Source of the DNA: Escherichia coli
GTDB lineage: Bacteria; Pseudomonadota; Gammaproteobacteria; Enterobacterales; Enterobacteriaceae
Reading direction: 5' to 3' (one strand)
DNA length: 64,000 nucleotides
Assembly: GCF_003334305.1 (NCBI RefSeq)
Contig: NZ_QOWS01000005.1
Shown here: piece by piece, positions 1 through 15,344 of the stretch
Layout of the letters: each line of letters begins with the position of its first letter
Numbering within the stretch: position 1 is the first letter of the stretch
Made by a program: the position numbers and the translations under genes
Notes under the pieces: generated by a model
What the model was told of the DNA's origin: nothing
The model's input: the letters and a program-made list of their open reading frames with translations, nothing else
The model's database searches: none

Positions 1-9
1 ATGAAGGGG

Positions 10-37
10 GCGTGTGGTCAGTAACCTGACCACACGC
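10..37 (-). terminator. hairpin downstream of slyB
   Basis: 12-bp stem gcgtgtggtcag/ctgaccacacgc, loop taac. Confidence 0.5.
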
Positions 38-45
38 AAACTTAT

Positions 46-513
46 TTAGCGCGGAGAAACGGTCACCTGACTGCCATTGCTGGCCAGTACGACACGTTGG
101 CCCGGAGAGAAACGAGTGTTGCCTTGTTTCTGTACCACCATGATGGTATTACCATCGTCTTTACGAATTTCCAGCTCGACACCCTGCGTTTTGTTCATTG
201 CACTCTGTACGCCCTGACCAGCTACGCCACCTGCAACAGCGCCTGCTGCAGTAGCCAGAGAACGCCCGGTTCCGCCACCAACAGTATTCCCCAGGAAACC
301 ACCAAGAACAGCACCGCCAATTGCACCGATAACGTTGGAATCATCACCGCCCTGAATCTGTACCGGACGTACGTTAACGATGGTGCCATAGCTGACATTC
401 TGTACTTGTTTCGCTTCAGAAGCGGTATAAACATCCCCTGACAGGGTGTCGTTATTAACACAACCGACAAGAGACAGACCTACCATTGAAACAACCAATA
501 CGCGTTTAATCAT
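46..513 (-). CDS. slyB: outer membrane lipoprotein SlyB
   Basis: 155-aa ORF, lipobox (LVGC), Gly-rich core; recognised SlyB sequence. Confidence 0.9.
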   Translation of the reverse strand: MIKRVLVVSMVGLSLVGCVNNDTLSGDVYTASEAKQVQNVSYGTIVNVRPVQIQGGDDSNVIGAIGGAVLGGFLGNTVGGGTGRSLATAAGAVAGGVAGQGVQSAMNKTQGVELEIRKDDGNTIMVVQKQGNTRFSPGQRVVLASNGSQVTVSPR

Positions 514-786
514 TGAAAAATCTCCTGTTCACCATGAAACGCCACGCAAGCATCCCTCATGGTCAAAGTATATGGCATATGTGAATCCATGGTTACATGT
601 TCTACCAAATATGAGCAAATCATAATGAAAGTAGGATCAACCAATTATAAACAAAACATTCATGATGATTATTGATTTGAAGATAATGTTTTACTACCAA
701 CGGTAAAAATCGGTCATTCCGCATGGTATTCACGAAAAGTTTATGTTTGAGTGGTGCGCAAACGTCAGATTGAAAAAGGATGAACT

Positions 787-1896
787 ATGAAATCGGGCCG
801 CTTTATTGGCGTTATGTCAGGCACCAGCCTTGATGGTGTTGATGTTGTGTTGGCGACAATAGATGAACACCGGGTCGCACAGCTGGCAAGCTTGAGCTGG
901 CCGATCCCGGTGTCTCTGAAACAGGCTGTACTGGATATTTGCCAGGGCCAGCAGCTTACACTTTCGCAGTTTGGACAGCTTGATACTCAACTCGGGCGAC
1001 TTTTTGCTGATGCGGTCAATGCCTTGCTTAAGGAACAAAACCTGCAGGCGAGAGATATAGTTGCGATCGGCTGTCACGGTCAAACCGTCTGGCATGAACC
1101 GACGGGCGTGGAACCACACACTTTACAGATTGGCGATAACAATCAAATTGTGGCACGCACCGGAATTACGGTTGTCGGTGATTTTCGCCGTCGCGATATT
1201 GCCTTGGGAGGACAAGGCGCACCGCTGGTACCTGCGTTCCATCATGCCTTGCTGGCTCACCCAACCGAGCGACGAATGGTGCTCAATATTGGCGGCATCG
1301 CCAATCTGTCACTGCTCATTCCTGGGCAGCCGGTTGGCGGCTACGATACCGGTCCTGGTAACATGCTGATGGATGCCTGGATCTGGCGTCAGGCCGGTAA
1401 ACCTTACGATAAAGATGCCGAGTGGGCACGGGCGGGTAAAGTTATTCTCCCACTGCTGCAAAATATGCTCAGCGACCCATATTTCTCGCAACCTGCACCG
1501 AAAAGCACCGGACGCGAATACTTTAACTACGGCTGGCTGGAGCGCCATTTACGCCATTTTCCGGGTGTTGATCCCCGTGATGTTCAGGCCACACTGGCAG
1601 AACTCACCGCCGTGACCATTTCTGAACAAGTTTTGTTGAGCGGTGGCTGCGAACGATTGATGGTATGTGGTGGAGGTAGTCGTAATCCGCTACTCATGGC
1701 GCGTCTGGCGGCATTACTGCCAGGCACAGAAGTCACCACCACCGATGCCGTTGGCATTAGTGGCGATGACATGGAAGCATTGGCTTTCGCCTGGCTTGCC
1801 TGGCGGACGCTGGCGGGATTACCAGGAAATCTGCCTTCCGTCACTGGCGCAAGCCAGGAGACGGTACTGGGGGCTATTTTCCCTGCTAACCCGTGA
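787..1896 (+). CDS. anmK: anhydro-N-acetylmuramic acid kinase
   Basis: 369-aa ORF recognised as AnmK; divergent from slyB. Confidence 0.9.
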
Positions 1897-1993
1897 TATC
1901 AGAGTTAACTGAATTTTTCTTACCGCGTCTGCCGTTACACTTGGAACGTTAGGGAGGGCGTATTGCCCTCCAGACCAGGAAAGTCTTCGGGAA

Positions 1994-2323
1994 ATGTCTA
2001 TGAAAAAACTGTTACTGATCTGTTTGCCGGTGCTTCTCACCGGCTGTAGCGCGTTCAATCAACTGGTTGAGCACATGCAAACCGCTACGCTGGAATACCA
2101 GTGTGATGAAAAACCGTTGACGGTCAAACTGAATAATCCGCGCCAGGAAGTCAGTTTTGTTTACGATAATCAACTACTGCATCTCAAACAGGGCATTTCA
2201 GCGTCTGGTGCACGTTACACTGACGGTATCTATGTTTTCTGGTCGAAAGGCGATGAAGCGACTGTCTATAAACGCGACCGCATCGTATTGAATAACTGTC
2301 AGTTACAAAATCCACAGCGTTGA
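1994..2323 (+). CDS. mliC: membrane-bound lysozyme inhibitor of C-type lysozyme (lipoprotein)
   Basis: 109-aa ORF with lipoprotein signal (LLTGC); recognised MliC. Confidence 0.85.
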   Translation: MSMKKLLLICLPVLLTGCSAFNQLVEHMQTATLEYQCDEKPLTVKLNNPRQEVSFVYDNQLLHLKQGISASGARYTDGIYVFWSKGDEATVYKRDRIVLNNCQLQNPQR

Positions 2324-2381
2324 GATTTTTCCAGGGGCGGCGCACAATAGCGTCACCCACTGACAATCCGTAAAGAAAACC

Positions 2382-3038
2382 ATGTCTGATAACGACGAAT
2401 TGCAGCAAATCGCGCATCTGCGCCGTGAATACACCAAAGGCGGGTTACGCCGTCGCGATCTTCCCGCCGATCCATTAACCCTTTTTGAACGTTGGCTCTC
2501 TCAGGCGTGTGAAGCCAAACTGGCAGACCCTACCGCGATGGTGGTCGCTACCGTGGATGAACATGCTCAGCCTTATCAACGCATCGTTTTACTCAAACAT
2601 TACGACGAAAAAGGCATGGTGTTTTACACCAACCTCGGTAGCCGTAAAGCACATCAAATTGAAAATAATCCGCGCGTTAGCCTGCTGTTCCCGTGGCATA
2701 CCCTTGAACGCCAGGTGATGGTGATCGGTAAAGCAGAACGACTTTCGACTCTCGAAGTGATGAAATATTTTCATAGCCGCCCGCGTGATAGCCAGATTGG
2801 TGCATGGGTTTCGAAGCAGTCCAGTCGCATTTCTGCCCGCGGTATCCTTGAAAGTAAATTCCTGGAGCTGAAGCAGAAGTTTCAACAGGGCGAAGTGCCA
2901 TTGCCGAGCTTTTGGGGCGGTTTTCGCGTCAGCCTTGAACAGATTGAGTTCTGGCAGGGCGGTGAGCATCGCCTGCATGACCGCTTTTTGTACCAGCGAG
3001 AAAATGATGCGTGGAAGATTGATCGTCTTGCACCCTGA
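2382..3038 (+). CDS. pdxH: pyridoxine/pyridoxamine 5'-phosphate oxidase
   Basis: 218-aa ORF recognised as PdxH. Confidence 0.9.
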
Positions 3039-3166
3039 AAAGATGCAAAAATCTTGCTTTAATCGCTGGTACTCCTGATTCTGGCACTTTATTCTATGTC
3101 TCTTTCGCATCTGGCGAAAAGTCGTGTACCGGCAAAGGTGCAGTCGTTATATACATGGAGATTTTG

Positions 3167-4441
3167 ATGGCAAGCAGTAACTTGATTAAACAATTGCAAG
3201 AGCGGGGGCTGGTAGCCCAGGTGACGGACGAGGAAGCGTTAGCAGAGCGACTGGCGCAAGGCCCGATCGCGCTCTATTGCGGCTTCGATCCTACCGCTGA
3301 CAGCTTGCATTTGGGGCATCTTGTTCCATTGTTATGCCTGAAACGCTTCCAGCAGGCGGGCCACAAGCCGGTTGCGCTGGTAGGCGGCGCGACGGGTCTG
3401 ATTGGCGACCCGAGCTTCAAAGCTGCCGAGCGTAAGCTGAACACCGAAGAAACTGTTCAGGAGTGGGTGGACAAAATCCGTAAGCAGGTTGCCCCGTTCC
3501 TCGATTTCGACTGTGGAGAAAACTCTGCTATCGCGGCGAACAACTATGACTGGTTCGGCAATATGAATGTGCTGACCTTCCTGCGCGATATTGGCAAACA
3601 CTTCTCCGTTAACCAGATGATCAACAAAGAAGCGGTTAAGCAGCGTCTCAACCGTGAAGATCAGGGGATTTCGTTCACTGAGTTTTCCTACAACCTGTTG
3701 CAGGGTTATGACTTCGCCTGTCTGAACAAACAGTACGGTGTGGTGCTGCAAATTGGTGGTTCTGACCAGTGGGGTAACATCACTTCTGGTATCGACCTGA
3801 CCCGTCGTCTGCATCAGAATCAGGTGTTTGGCCTGACCGTTCCGCTGATCACTAAAGCAGATGGCACCAAATTTGGTAAAACTGAAGGCGGCGCAGTCTG
3901 GTTGGATCCGAAGAAAACCAGCCCGTACAAATTCTACCAGTTCTGGATCAACACTGCGGATGCCGACGTTTACCGCTTCCTGAAGTTCTTCACCTTTATG
4001 AGCATTGAAGAGATCAACGCCCTGGAAGAAGAAGATAAAAACAGCGGTAAAGCACCGCGCGCCCAGTATGTACTGGCGGAGCAGGTGACTCGTCTGGTTC
4101 ACGGTGAAGAAGGTTTACAGGCGGCAAAACGTATTACCGAATGCCTGTTCAGCGGTTCTTTGAGTGCGCTGAGTGAAGCGGATTTCGAACAGCTGGCGCA
4201 GGACGGCGTACCGATGGTTGAGATGGAAAAGGGCGCAGACCTGATGCAGGCGCTGGTCGATTCTGAACTGCAACCTTCCCGTGGTCAGGCGCGTAAAACT
4301 ATCGCCTCCAATGCCATCACCATTAACGGTGAAAAACAGTCCGATCCTGAATACTTCTTTAAAGAAGAAGATCGTCTGTTTGGTCGTTTTACCTTACTGC
4401 GTCGCGGCAAAAAGAATTACTGTCTGATTTGCTGGAAATAA
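3167..4441 (+). CDS. tyrS: tyrosine--tRNA ligase
   Basis: 424 aa from MASSNL; HLGH and KFGKT class I aaRS motifs; ORF track starts 4 codons upstream. Confidence 0.9.
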
Positions 4442-4456
4442 TGCATTAAGTGGAAA

Positions 4457-4489
4457 GGGGGAGTGAGAAATCACTCCCCCTGGTTTTTA
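4457..4489 (+). terminator. rho-independent terminator of tyrS
   Basis: gggggagtga-gaaa-tcactccccc followed by tggttttt. Confidence 0.85.
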
Positions 4490-4499
4490 TACAGGGAAC

Positions 4500-5363
4500 A
4501 TGATGAAAAATATTCTCGCTATCCAGTCTCACGTTGTTTATGGTCATGCGGGTAACAGTGCGGCAGAGTTTCCTATGCGCCGCCTGGGCGCGAACGTCTG
4601 GCCGCTGAACACCGTTCAATTTTCTAATCACACCCAATACGGCAAATGGACTGGCTGCGTGATGCCGCCCAGCCATTTAACCGAAATTGTGCAAGGCATT
4701 GCCGCCATTGATAAATTACACACCTGTGATGCCGTGTTAAGTGGCTATCTGGGATCGGCGGAGCAGGGTGAACATATCCTCGGTATCGTCCGTCAGGTGA
4801 AAGCCGCGAATCCGCAGGCGAAATATTTTTGCGATCCGGTAATGGGTCATCCGGAAAAAGGCTGTATCGTTGCACCGGGTGTCGCAGAGTTTCATGTGCG
4901 GCACGGTTTGCCTGCCAGCGATATCATTGCGCCGAATCTGGTTGAGCTGGAAATACTCTGTGAGCATGCGGTAAATAACGTCGAAGAAGCGGTTCTGGCA
5001 GCGCGCGAACTCATTGCGCAAGGGCCACAAATTGTGTTGGTTAAACACCTGGCGCGAGCTGGCTACAGCCGTGACCGTTTTGAAATGCTGCTGGTCACCG
5101 CCGATGAAGCCTGGCATATCAGCCGTCCGCTGGTGGATTTTGGTATGCGCCAGCCGGTAGGTGTTGGTGATGTGACGAGCGGTTTACTGCTGGTGAAACT
5201 GCTTCAGGGGGCAACGCTGCAGGAGGCGCTGGAACATGTGACCGCTGCAGTCTACGAAATCATGGTGACCACCAAAGCAATGCAGGAATATGAGCTGCAA
5301 GTGGTGGCTGCTCAGGATCGTATTGCCAAACCAGAACATTACTTCAGCGCAACAAAGCTCTGA
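4500..5363 (+). CDS. pdxY: pyridoxal kinase 2
   Basis: 287-aa ORF recognised as PdxY. Confidence 0.9.
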   Translation: MMKNILAIQSHVVYGHAGNSAAEFPMRRLGANVWPLNTVQFSNHTQYGKWTGCVMPPSHLTEIVQGIAAIDKLHTCDAVLSGYLGSAEQGEHILGIVRQVKAANPQAKYFCDPVMGHPEKGCIVAPGVAEFHVRHGLPASDIIAPNLVELEILCEHAVNNVEEAVLAARELIAQGPQIVLVKHLARAGYSRDRFEMLLVTADEAWHISRPLVDFGMRQPVGVGDVTSGLLLVKLLQGATLQEALEHVTAAVYEIMVTTKAMQEYELQVVAAQDRIAKPEHYFSATKL

Positions 5364-5374
5364 AATATCTCATT

Positions 5375-5400
5375 TCGGCCCACAACGACCTGTGGGCCGA
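5375..5400. terminator. hairpin between convergent pdxY and gstA
   Basis: 10-bp stem tcggcccaca/tgtgggccga, loop acgacc. Confidence 0.6.
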
Positions 5401-5406
5401 TGGATA

Positions 5407-6012
5407 TTACTTTAAGCCTTCCGCTGACAGCGCGTCTTGTACTTCCGGACGTTCAGCCATACGTTGCATAAATGCTGCAATGTGCTCTAACCCTTCCAGA
5501 TTCAGTTTCACCGCGTATGCCCAGCGCAGAACCGTAAACAGATAGGCATCAGCAATTGTAAATCTTTGCCCGCAGATCCAGTGCTCATCCTTCAGTGCCT
5601 CGTTCACATATTGCAGCTTCTTCTCCAGCTGCGCGCGAACTGTCGGTTTGTACTCTTCCGGTGTATCAGGGCGAAACAGAGGTGTGAAACCTTTATGCAG
5701 CTCGGTGGCGATGTAATTCAGCCATTCGATGGTTTTATAGCGGGAAATACTGTTTACCGGTGCCAGCAACTGGCGGTCGGGGACGCTGTCGGCAAGATAC
5801 TGCATAATCGCTACGCCTTCCGTCAGCAAAGTACCGTCATCCAGCAGCAATGCAGGCACCTGCCCCTTAGGGTTAACGGCAAAGTAATCGTCACCGTTTT
5901 CGAGACGTTTTTTCATTAAATCCACACTGACGAGGGTAAAATCCTTTCCGCTCTCACGCAGGGTGATATGGGAAGCGAGAGAGCAGGCACCCGGTTTGTA
6001 GAACAATTTCAT
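5407..6012 (-). CDS. gstA: glutathione S-transferase
   Basis: 201-aa ORF recognised as GstA; convergent with pdxY. Confidence 0.9.
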
Positions 6013-6061
6013 CGGTAACTCCTTTTGTCTGTGGTTTAAAGTATGGTAGTGCGTTGCTGAA

Positions 6062-6095
6062 CAAAAAAAAAGCCGCTAACGAAAAGTTAGCGGCT
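6062..6095 (-). terminator. rho-independent terminator of dtpA
   Basis: agccgctaac-gaaaa-gttagcggct with a 9-nt U-run on the minus strand. Confidence 0.85.
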
Positions 6096-6117
6096 TGTAA
6101 AAGAGTTTCCCTGAATT

Positions 6118-7620
6118 TTACGCTACAGCAGCTTTCGCCGCTTTGTCTGCAGCGTCATCCTGCGTCATACGGTGCAGTTTAGGCGCGGTCAGCAGCATCA
6201 GTACTGCAATAATGGCAGTAGCGACACCAATCTGCAAGAATACGCGACCATAAACTTCCAGTGACATCAGCGGGTCGGTAACGTTATCCGGCACAGCCAT
6301 CATACCCGCAACATAACCACCAATCAGGTTTGCACCGGCAGTGGTCAGGAACCAGCTACCCATAATGAAGCCCATCAGACGCTGCGGAACGAGTTGTGCA
6401 ACCATTGCCAGACCCAGACCAGAGATCATCAGTTCCCCGATGCTCTGCAGGCCATAGCTTGCGACCAGCCAGCTTACAGACACGATACCAGCGTCAGACG
6501 CGAATTTCGCACCCAGCGGCAGAATCAGGAACGCACCAGAACACATCACCATGCCGATTGCAAACTTGGTTGGCATCGGCAGGGTATCGCCCATCTTGTT
6601 ATAGATAGCGGCCAGAATCGGACTACCGATGATGATCCAGAACGGGTTCAGTGCCTGATACTGCTCAGGTTCTACGGCCAGACCCAGAATGGAGTGCTCA
6701 ACGTTACGAATCGCAAAGAAGTTCAGTGACGTTGGCATCTGGCTGTACAGCACGAAGAAGATAATGGCTTCGAGCATCAGGATGAAGGCAACGATCATTT
6801 TACGACGCGCAGCACCTTTCATCGCGAAGGCTTCTTTACCGAAGATAACCACGATACCGAAGGCAACAACGCCCAGCGCCATACGCGCAACTTCCTGATT
6901 GTGCAGCAGCCAGGTGGCGATAGCGATCAGTGCCACAACACCAATAATGGTCAGCAGCAGGTTACGGTAGTTGATAGGCTCGAAGTCTGGTTTTGAACCG
7001 TACTGTTTAACCCAGCGTTGGCAGAAGGCGAAGTTAACGATAGTGATCAGCAGGCCTACAACGCTCAACGCAAACGCAACACTCCAGCCGTATTTCGCGG
7101 CCAGCCACGGCGTAGCAATCATAGAGAAGAAAGAGCCGATGTTGACGGACATGTAGTACATGGTGAATGCACCGTCCAGACGCGGGTCGTTTTTCTCATA
7201 GCATGTAGAAAGCAGAGAAGACGGGTTAGCTTTAAACAGGCCGTTACCGACCGCAATAGCCGCCATACCCATATAAACGATACCGGCGTCGTGACCAGAC
7301 CAGGCAACCAGAGCATAACCAATCGCCAGCACAATAGCGCCGAGCATAATTACGCGTTTAGTACCCAGTACCTTGTCACCTAACCAGCCGCCGATAGCGA
7401 CCAGACCATAAACCAGGGCACTAAAGGAAGAGAAAAGGGTGATTGAATCCGCTTCAGACATACCCAGTTGTTTAACCAGGTAAACAGCCATAATTCCTTG
7501 TAGGCCGTAATAACCAAAACGTTCCCATAACTCAATCGAGAAGATGAGATAGAACGCCTTCGGTTGTTTGAAAGCGTTCAAACTGACGCTTTCAGTTGGT
7601 TTTTGGTTTGCAGTGGACAC
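6118..7620 (-). CDS. dtpA: dipeptide/tripeptide:H+ symporter (POT family)
   Basis: 500-aa polytopic membrane ORF recognised as DtpA (TppB/YdgR). Confidence 0.9.
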   Translation of the reverse strand: MSTANQKPTESVSLNAFKQPKAFYLIFSIELWERFGYYGLQGIMAVYLVKQLGMSEADSITLFSSFSALVYGLVAIGGWLGDKVLGTKRVIMLGAIVLAIGYALVAWSGHDAGIVYMGMAAIAVGNGLFKANPSSLLSTCYEKNDPRLDGAFTMYYMSVNIGSFFSMIATPWLAAKYGWSVAFALSVVGLLITIVNFAFCQRWVKQYGSKPDFEPINYRNLLLTIIGVVALIAIATWLLHNQEVARMALGVVAFGIVVIFGKEAFAMKGAARRKMIVAFILMLEAIIFFVLYSQMPTSLNFFAIRNVEHSILGLAVEPEQYQALNPFWIIIGSPILAAIYNKMGDTLPMPTKFAIGMVMCSGAFLILPLGAKFASDAGIVSVSWLVASYGLQSIGELMISGLGLAMVAQLVPQRLMGFIMGSWFLTTAGANLIGGYVAGMMAVPDNVTDPLMSLEVYGRVFLQIGVATAIIAVLMLLTAPKLHRMTQDDAADKAAKAAVA

Positions 7621-8204
7621 TTTTACCTCTTTTTTTACATCCCATATTAACGGGGGTGCTTTCTCGCGTTATGTCTAAAAAACATACGCGCAATTGTTAT
7701 AGTGGGAGGGGAAACGGCAGGTAATGTTCACTATCTTGCACTTTCAGACAAGTCCTTTGTAATAATCTGTTACATATAACTGAGGCGGGGAATTCAACCA
7801 TTCCGGGAAATGTTATCCAGCGTTAAATTTTTCAAAAAACGTAACGGCAGATTTTTTCACTGCACTGAGAGGGGGGTGATGGCTTAACGGCGATATGTTC
7901 TGCTATTTAGCGTTTTTACTAGTGAGATAGTCCAGTTTCTGAAAAATAGCCAGTGTAATGTTTTGTAGGTCAATATTTGTTGCGTGTGTAAATTTAAATG
8001 ATTTTAACCTGATTCTTGCAATGTTTTTACATTGCGACAGCATCGTGATCTTGATCACGAATGAATAGAAAATTTCGCTATTAAAAAAACAATTAACCTG
8101 CATTTTTGGTTATCTGCAAACGGATTACCTGATGATAACGCTAAGCAATGGCATCATTCACGTTAAAAAGATGTTTTAAAAGAGGATAAAGAAAGGTTAT
8201 CAAT

Positions 8205-8228
8205 GGGGTAATCGGTGTTACCCCTTTT
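8205..8228. terminator. hairpin just downstream of nth (end of rsx-nth operon)
   Basis: ggggtaa-tcggtg-ttacccc; the T-run lies on the plus side. Confidence 0.5.
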
Positions 8229-8230
8229 CT

Positions 8231-8866
8231 TCAGATGTCAACTTTCTCTTTGTATTCACAAAGATCTTCAATAATACAAGAGCCACAGCGGGGCTTGCGG
8301 GCAATGCAGGTATAACGCCCGTGCAGGATCAACCAATGGTGGCAGTCGACTTTAAACTCTGCCGGAACCACTTTCAGTAGCTTTTCTTCTACCTGTTCGA
8401 CGTTTTTCCCCGGCGCAAATTGAGTACGATTACAAACGCGGAAAATGTGCGTGTCGACAGCAATAGTCGGCCAGCCGAATGCAGTGTTTAATACGACGTT
8501 GGCTGTTTTACGACCTACGCCGGGCAGGGCTTCAAGCGCAGCACGATCTTCCGGAACCTCGCCATTATGCTGCTCCAGCAAGATACGGCAGGTTTTGATG
8601 ATATTTTCTGCTTTGCTGTTATAAAGCCCAATCGTTTTGATATAGGTTTTCACCCCTTCAACGCCCAGTTCAAGCATCGCTGCAGGCGTATTCGCCACCG
8701 GGTAGAGTTTCGCCGTCGCCTTATTAACACTGACATCGGTCGCCTGAGCGGAAAGCAGTACGGCAATCAGCAATTCAAAAGGCGAACTGAAATTAAGCTC
8801 GGTGGTGGGATGAGGATTGTTCTCACGCAGGCGAGTGAGGATCTCCAGGCGTTTTGCTTTGTTCAT
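8231..8866 (-). CDS. nth: endonuclease III
   Basis: 211-aa ORF; C-terminal 4Fe-4S Cys cluster (CxxxxxxCxxCxxxxxC); last gene of the rsx operon. Confidence 0.9.
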   Translation of the reverse strand: MNKAKRLEILTRLRENNPHPTTELNFSSPFELLIAVLLSAQATDVSVNKATAKLYPVANTPAAMLELGVEGVKTYIKTIGLYNSKAENIIKTCRILLEQHNGEVPEDRAALEALPGVGRKTANVVLNTAFGWPTIAVDTHIFRVCNRTQFAPGKNVEQVEEKLLKVVPAEFKVDCHHWLILHGRYTCIARKPRCGSCIIEDLCEYKEKVDI

Positions 8867-9561
8867 CAGACATTCCCTGTTTCACCGTTTGGCAATGCAC
8901 GTTCGGCAGTTGCTTCAGCACGGCGCTTTTTCATTCTTTCATCAATCAGGTATTTTCCTGCCAGCATCAGTCCCAGGCCAATAAATGCACCTGGAGGCAG
9001 CATCGCCAGCAGGAAAGGGGAGTCGGTGTGGAAAATTTCCACGCGTAATACTTTTGCCCAGCTACCTAACAGCGCATCTGCACCGTCAAACAATGTGCCA
9101 TTGCCGATAATTTCGCGTAGTGAACCCAGCACGAACATGGCGCAGGTTGCGCCCATACCAATTGAAAAGCCGTCCAGTGCCGAAAGCGCCGGACCTTTTT
9201 TGGCGGCGAAGGCTTCAGCGCGGCCCACAACGATACAGTTAGTGACAATCAGCGGAATAAAAATCCCTAATGATTGATACAGGCCAAAGGCGTAGGCGTT
9301 GATCAGCATCTGTACAGCGCTGACCACCGAGGCGATGATCATCACGTAAATGGGAATGCGGATCTCGGCTGGCGTCCAGTGACGCAGCGTCGAAATGGTC
9401 AGGTTGGTCAGCGTCAGTACCAGCGTAGTCGCAAGTCCTAAACCCAGAGCGTTAGTGGCAGTGGACGTGACCGCCAACAGAGGACAAAGGCCGAGCAACT
9501 GGACCAGCGCAGAGTTGTTTTTCCACACCCCCTGAACAATAACGTCTTTAATTTCGCTCAC
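8866..9561 (-). CDS. rsxE: Rnf-type ion-translocating oxidoreductase subunit E
   Basis: 231-aa membrane ORF; 1-nt overlap with nth start. Confidence 0.9.
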   Translation of the reverse strand: MSEIKDVIVQGVWKNNSALVQLLGLCPLLAVTSTATNALGLGLATTLVLTLTNLTISTLRHWTPAEIRIPIYVMIIASVVSAVQMLINAYAFGLYQSLGIFIPLIVTNCIVVGRAEAFAAKKGPALSALDGFSIGMGATCAMFVLGSLREIIGNGTLFDGADALLGSWAKVLRVEIFHTDSPFLLAMLPPGAFIGLGLMLAGKYLIDERMKKRRAEATAERALPNGETGNV

Positions 9562-9564
9562 GCT

Positions 9565-10185
9565 TTATTCTCCACAGGCAGGAAGTTGAGAAAGTTGTGC
9601 CGGTAACGTCTGAGCGTACAATCCGGCGCGTTTTACCGCATTAACCACCGCGCGGGGAGTAATCGTCGCGCCGGTGAACTGGTCGAAATCACCACCATCT
9701 TTCTTCACCGCCCAGTGCGCATCATCCGCACCACTGATTTTTTTACCCGCAAAATGGGTGATCCAGTCAGAAAGGCGCAGTTCGATTTTATCGCCAAGCC
9801 CTGGCGTTTCGTGGTGCTCTGTCACGCGCGTGCCAAGTACCGTGCCGTTAAAATCGGCTCCCACCAGCAGCTGAATCGCACCGGAATAGCCATCTGGCGC
9901 GGTTGCTTCCAGAACGGCGGCTACCGGTTTGTCATCCTGTTTGGCGATGTAAACCCGATGCTCACCTTTACCTAACTCTGGCGCAGTTACCAGATAGCAA
10001 CTCTGTGCCAGCGCATTGTTATAGCGTTCGGCTGGCAGCACCTGATCAAATAATGCCTCTTGTTGCAGACTGGCCTGTTCAGCAATCGTCGTTTTGGTCA
10101 TCTGGTTGATGGCCGCAGTTAACCCTGTTGAACCCGCTGCAAATAGCGCTAACGTAATGCCGTGTTTTCGGATAGTTTTCAGCAT
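9565..10185 (-). CDS. rsxG: Rnf-type complex subunit G
   Basis: 206-aa ORF recognised as RsxG. Confidence 0.9.
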   Translation of the reverse strand: MLKTIRKHGITLALFAAGSTGLTAAINQMTKTTIAEQASLQQEALFDQVLPAERYNNALAQSCYLVTAPELGKGEHRVYIAKQDDKPVAAVLEATAPDGYSGAIQLLVGADFNGTVLGTRVTEHHETPGLGDKIELRLSDWITHFAGKKISGADDAHWAVKKDGGDFDQFTGATITPRAVVNAVKRAGLYAQTLPAQLSQLPACGE

Positions 10186-10188
10186 GGT

Positions 10189-11247
10189 TTACCCTTTGCG
10201 ATGGCCGTAGACGCGCGGACGCGTGTAGTAATCGATCAGAGGAACCGTGATGTTCGCCAGCAGGACGGCAAAAGCCACGCCGTCAGGATAGCCGCCGAAA
10301 CTGCGGATCAACCAGACTAATAAGCCCGCCAGCGCGCCGAAAATAAGACGACCACGATTGGTCGTAGAAGCGGTAACCGGGTCAGTCAAAATAAAGAATG
10401 CGCCGAGCATGGTCGCACCAGACAGCAGATGAATTTGCGGTGCTGCCAGTGTTTCTGGTGAGAACAACCAGCCCAACGTTGCGCATAACGCCAGCGTTAC
10501 TAAGAAGCTGAGGGGAATATGCCAGCGAATCGCTTTCTGCCATAGCAACCACAGGCCGCCAGCCAGCCAGGCGAGATTTACCCATTGCCAACCAGCGCCC
10601 GCCAGAATACCGCTGTAGATCGGATATTGCATAATCTGTTCAACCGAATGACCGGCACGGACAGAGGTTTTAAATGTATCCAGCGGTGTCGCCTGACTAA
10701 TGCCATCAATACCTAAGCGTAGTGTGTTCATATCACCACCACTGGCGGTATGTCCGCTGAAAATAACCTGTATGGCGTCGATAAAACCAGGGATGTTGAC
10801 CGCAATTTCATGTGGCGGTAACCAGCTGGTCATCTGCACCGGGAAGGAGATCAGTAAGACCACATAACCAATCATTGCCGGATTAAACGGGTTTTGCCCC
10901 AGACCGCCATACAACTGTTTAGCGATGATCACCGCAAACACCGTACCCAGCACGACCATCCACCATGGCGCGAGGGGGGGAATACTTACCGCCAGCAATA
11001 AGCCTGTCAGCAATGCTGAGTTATCTTTCAACGTTGCGGCTACCGACTGCTTGCGTAGTTTGAGTACGAGAGCTTCGGCTAACAGAGCACTAACCGATGC
11101 CAACAGGATCTGAACGAGAGTACCCCAACCAAAAAACCACAGTTGCGCTGCGATTCCTGGCACGGCTGCGAGCAACACCAACAGCATAATGCGCGATGTC
11201 TGGCGCTGGTTATGGGTATAAGGGGAGCTAGCTATTCTGAATACCAT
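10189..11247 (-). CDS. rsxD: Rnf-type complex subunit D
   Basis: 352-aa membrane ORF recognised as RsxD. Confidence 0.9.
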   Translation of the reverse strand: MVFRIASSPYTHNQRQTSRIMLLVLLAAVPGIAAQLWFFGWGTLVQILLASVSALLAEALVLKLRKQSVAATLKDNSALLTGLLLAVSIPPLAPWWMVVLGTVFAVIIAKQLYGGLGQNPFNPAMIGYVVLLISFPVQMTSWLPPHEIAVNIPGFIDAIQVIFSGHTASGGDMNTLRLGIDGISQATPLDTFKTSVRAGHSVEQIMQYPIYSGILAGAGWQWVNLAWLAGGLWLLWQKAIRWHIPLSFLVTLALCATLGWLFSPETLAAPQIHLLSGATMLGAFFILTDPVTASTTNRGRLIFGALAGLLVWLIRSFGGYPDGVAFAVLLANITVPLIDYYTRPRVYGHRKG

Positions 11248-13944
<2,697 letters not shown>

Positions 13945-13945
<1 letters not shown>

Positions 13946-14526
13946 TACAACTTCACCAAACCACTAAAGCCCATAAAGGCCAGAGACATAAGACCTGCGG
14001 TAATTAACGCAATGGCATTACCGCGAAAAGGTGCCGGGACATCAGCCACAGCAAGGCGTTCGCGGATGGCGGCGAAGAGCACCATCACCAGCGAGAAACC
14101 GACAGCGGCGGAAAAACCGTACAGCGCCGACTGCAAGAAATTGTGCCCGAGATTGATATTCAGCAACGCCACGCCGAGCACTGCACAGTTGGTGGTGATA
14201 AGCGGCAAAAAAATCCCCAGCAGACGGTAAAGCACCGGGCTGGTTTTGCGCACCACCATCTCGGTGAACTGCACGACCACAGCAATCACCAGAATAAATG
14301 CCAGGGTGCGCAGGTAAATCAGATTAAGTGGGATCAAAATCCACGTATCGATAAGCCAGGCGCAAATAGACGCCAGCGTCATCACAAACGTTGTTGCCAG
14401 CCCCATGCCCATCGCGGTTTCCAGTTTTTTGGAAACCCCCATAAACGGACAGAGACCGAGAAACTTGACCAGTACAAAGTTATTGACCAGTACAGTTCCG
14501 ACAAACAGTAACAGGTAGTCAGTCAT
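13945..14526 (-). CDS. rsxA: Rnf-type complex subunit A
   Basis: 193-aa membrane ORF; first gene of operon. Confidence 0.9.
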
Positions 14527-14602
14527 TTTTCGGCCTGAAATAAAAAAGCCGCCTATTATCCGTTAATCCAGAGCAGGCGACAACAGGTTAACTGTAAGGT
14601 TA

Positions 14603-15043
14603 TTACGGATTCACAAACGTCGCTTTTACCCGCGACGAGCGTTTGAAATAGGGGACGATCAATGCGGTTGCCAACAAAGTAAACAGCAACTGGCGAACGG
14701 CTATGCCATCTTCCACGGGTGAAAAAGCGAATGCTTTTACTGCCAGCAATACGGAAATAAGCAGCCAGATAATATAGTGTTTAGGAACACAACGCCGACG
14801 TTTAAAGAAAGCGATGGTCAACCACAGTGTGTAATACCACATGGCGATAGCGGTAATAAAAGAAACGCCCCATAAGATTTGTGTCGTCAGTGCTTGTCCG
14901 CCGAGCGTTTGAAATGTTTGCGGAGAAGATAACGCAGCGGTATACAGCAACAACGCCAGCGTCGTACTCAACAGAGCGACTAAAAGCCAGGCCAACGGGC
15001 CAAGCAACCAGCCTCCAATACGTTGTGGCGTTGTGGTGGTCAT
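14603..15043 (-). CDS. ydgK: inner membrane protein YdgK
   Basis: 146 aa from MTTTTPQ; hydrophobic; ORF track starts 8 codons upstream. Confidence 0.8.
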   Translation of the reverse strand: MTTTTPQRIGGWLLGPLAWLLVALLSTTLALLLYTAALSSPQTFQTLGGQALTTQILWGVSFITAIAMWYYTLWLTIAFFKRRRCVPKHYIIWLLISVLLAVKAFAFSPVEDGIAVRQLLFTLLATALIVPYFKRSSRVKATFVNP

Positions 15044-15128
15044 AGGTTCTCCAGAATAGCGACGCAAACAGGCAAATCTAATTTTAGGGGCGTTATTATA
15101 AGGCTTTTATAACCGATCGCTACTTTCT

Positions 15129-15344
15129 TTATTGGACATAGTGCCAGACGGACTTCGGTACCTGGCCGAGGTCAAACAAACGCCCGCCAGAAACCAGCTC
15201 TGCGCGACGGTGATCGGCAGCACGATACATATTGATCAGTTCCTGATCGTCCGTCAGGGTGTAATTAAGATGGTCGTAGAGTTTTTCCAGACTTTCGAGT
15301 GAACTGATTTTGCGAAATTTTAATAAGTAGTCCTGAACAGTCAT
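15129..15344 (-). CDS. cnu: Hha-family nucleoid-associated regulator Cnu (YdgT)
   Basis: 71-aa ORF recognised as Cnu. Confidence 0.85.

Noticed and set aside
3332-4102. 256-aa minus-strand ORF inside tyrS, and similar antisense ORFs within uidA (24342-24956), ynfG (56604-57224) and the ynfF/ynfE junction (59333-59911)
   Set aside because: All are embedded antisense in strongly recognised genes and lack start-site signals.
8567-9277. 236-aa plus-strand ORF antisense to nth and rsxE
   Set aside because: It overlaps two recognised minus-strand genes, has no recognisable domain and no SD; it is an antisense frame artefact.
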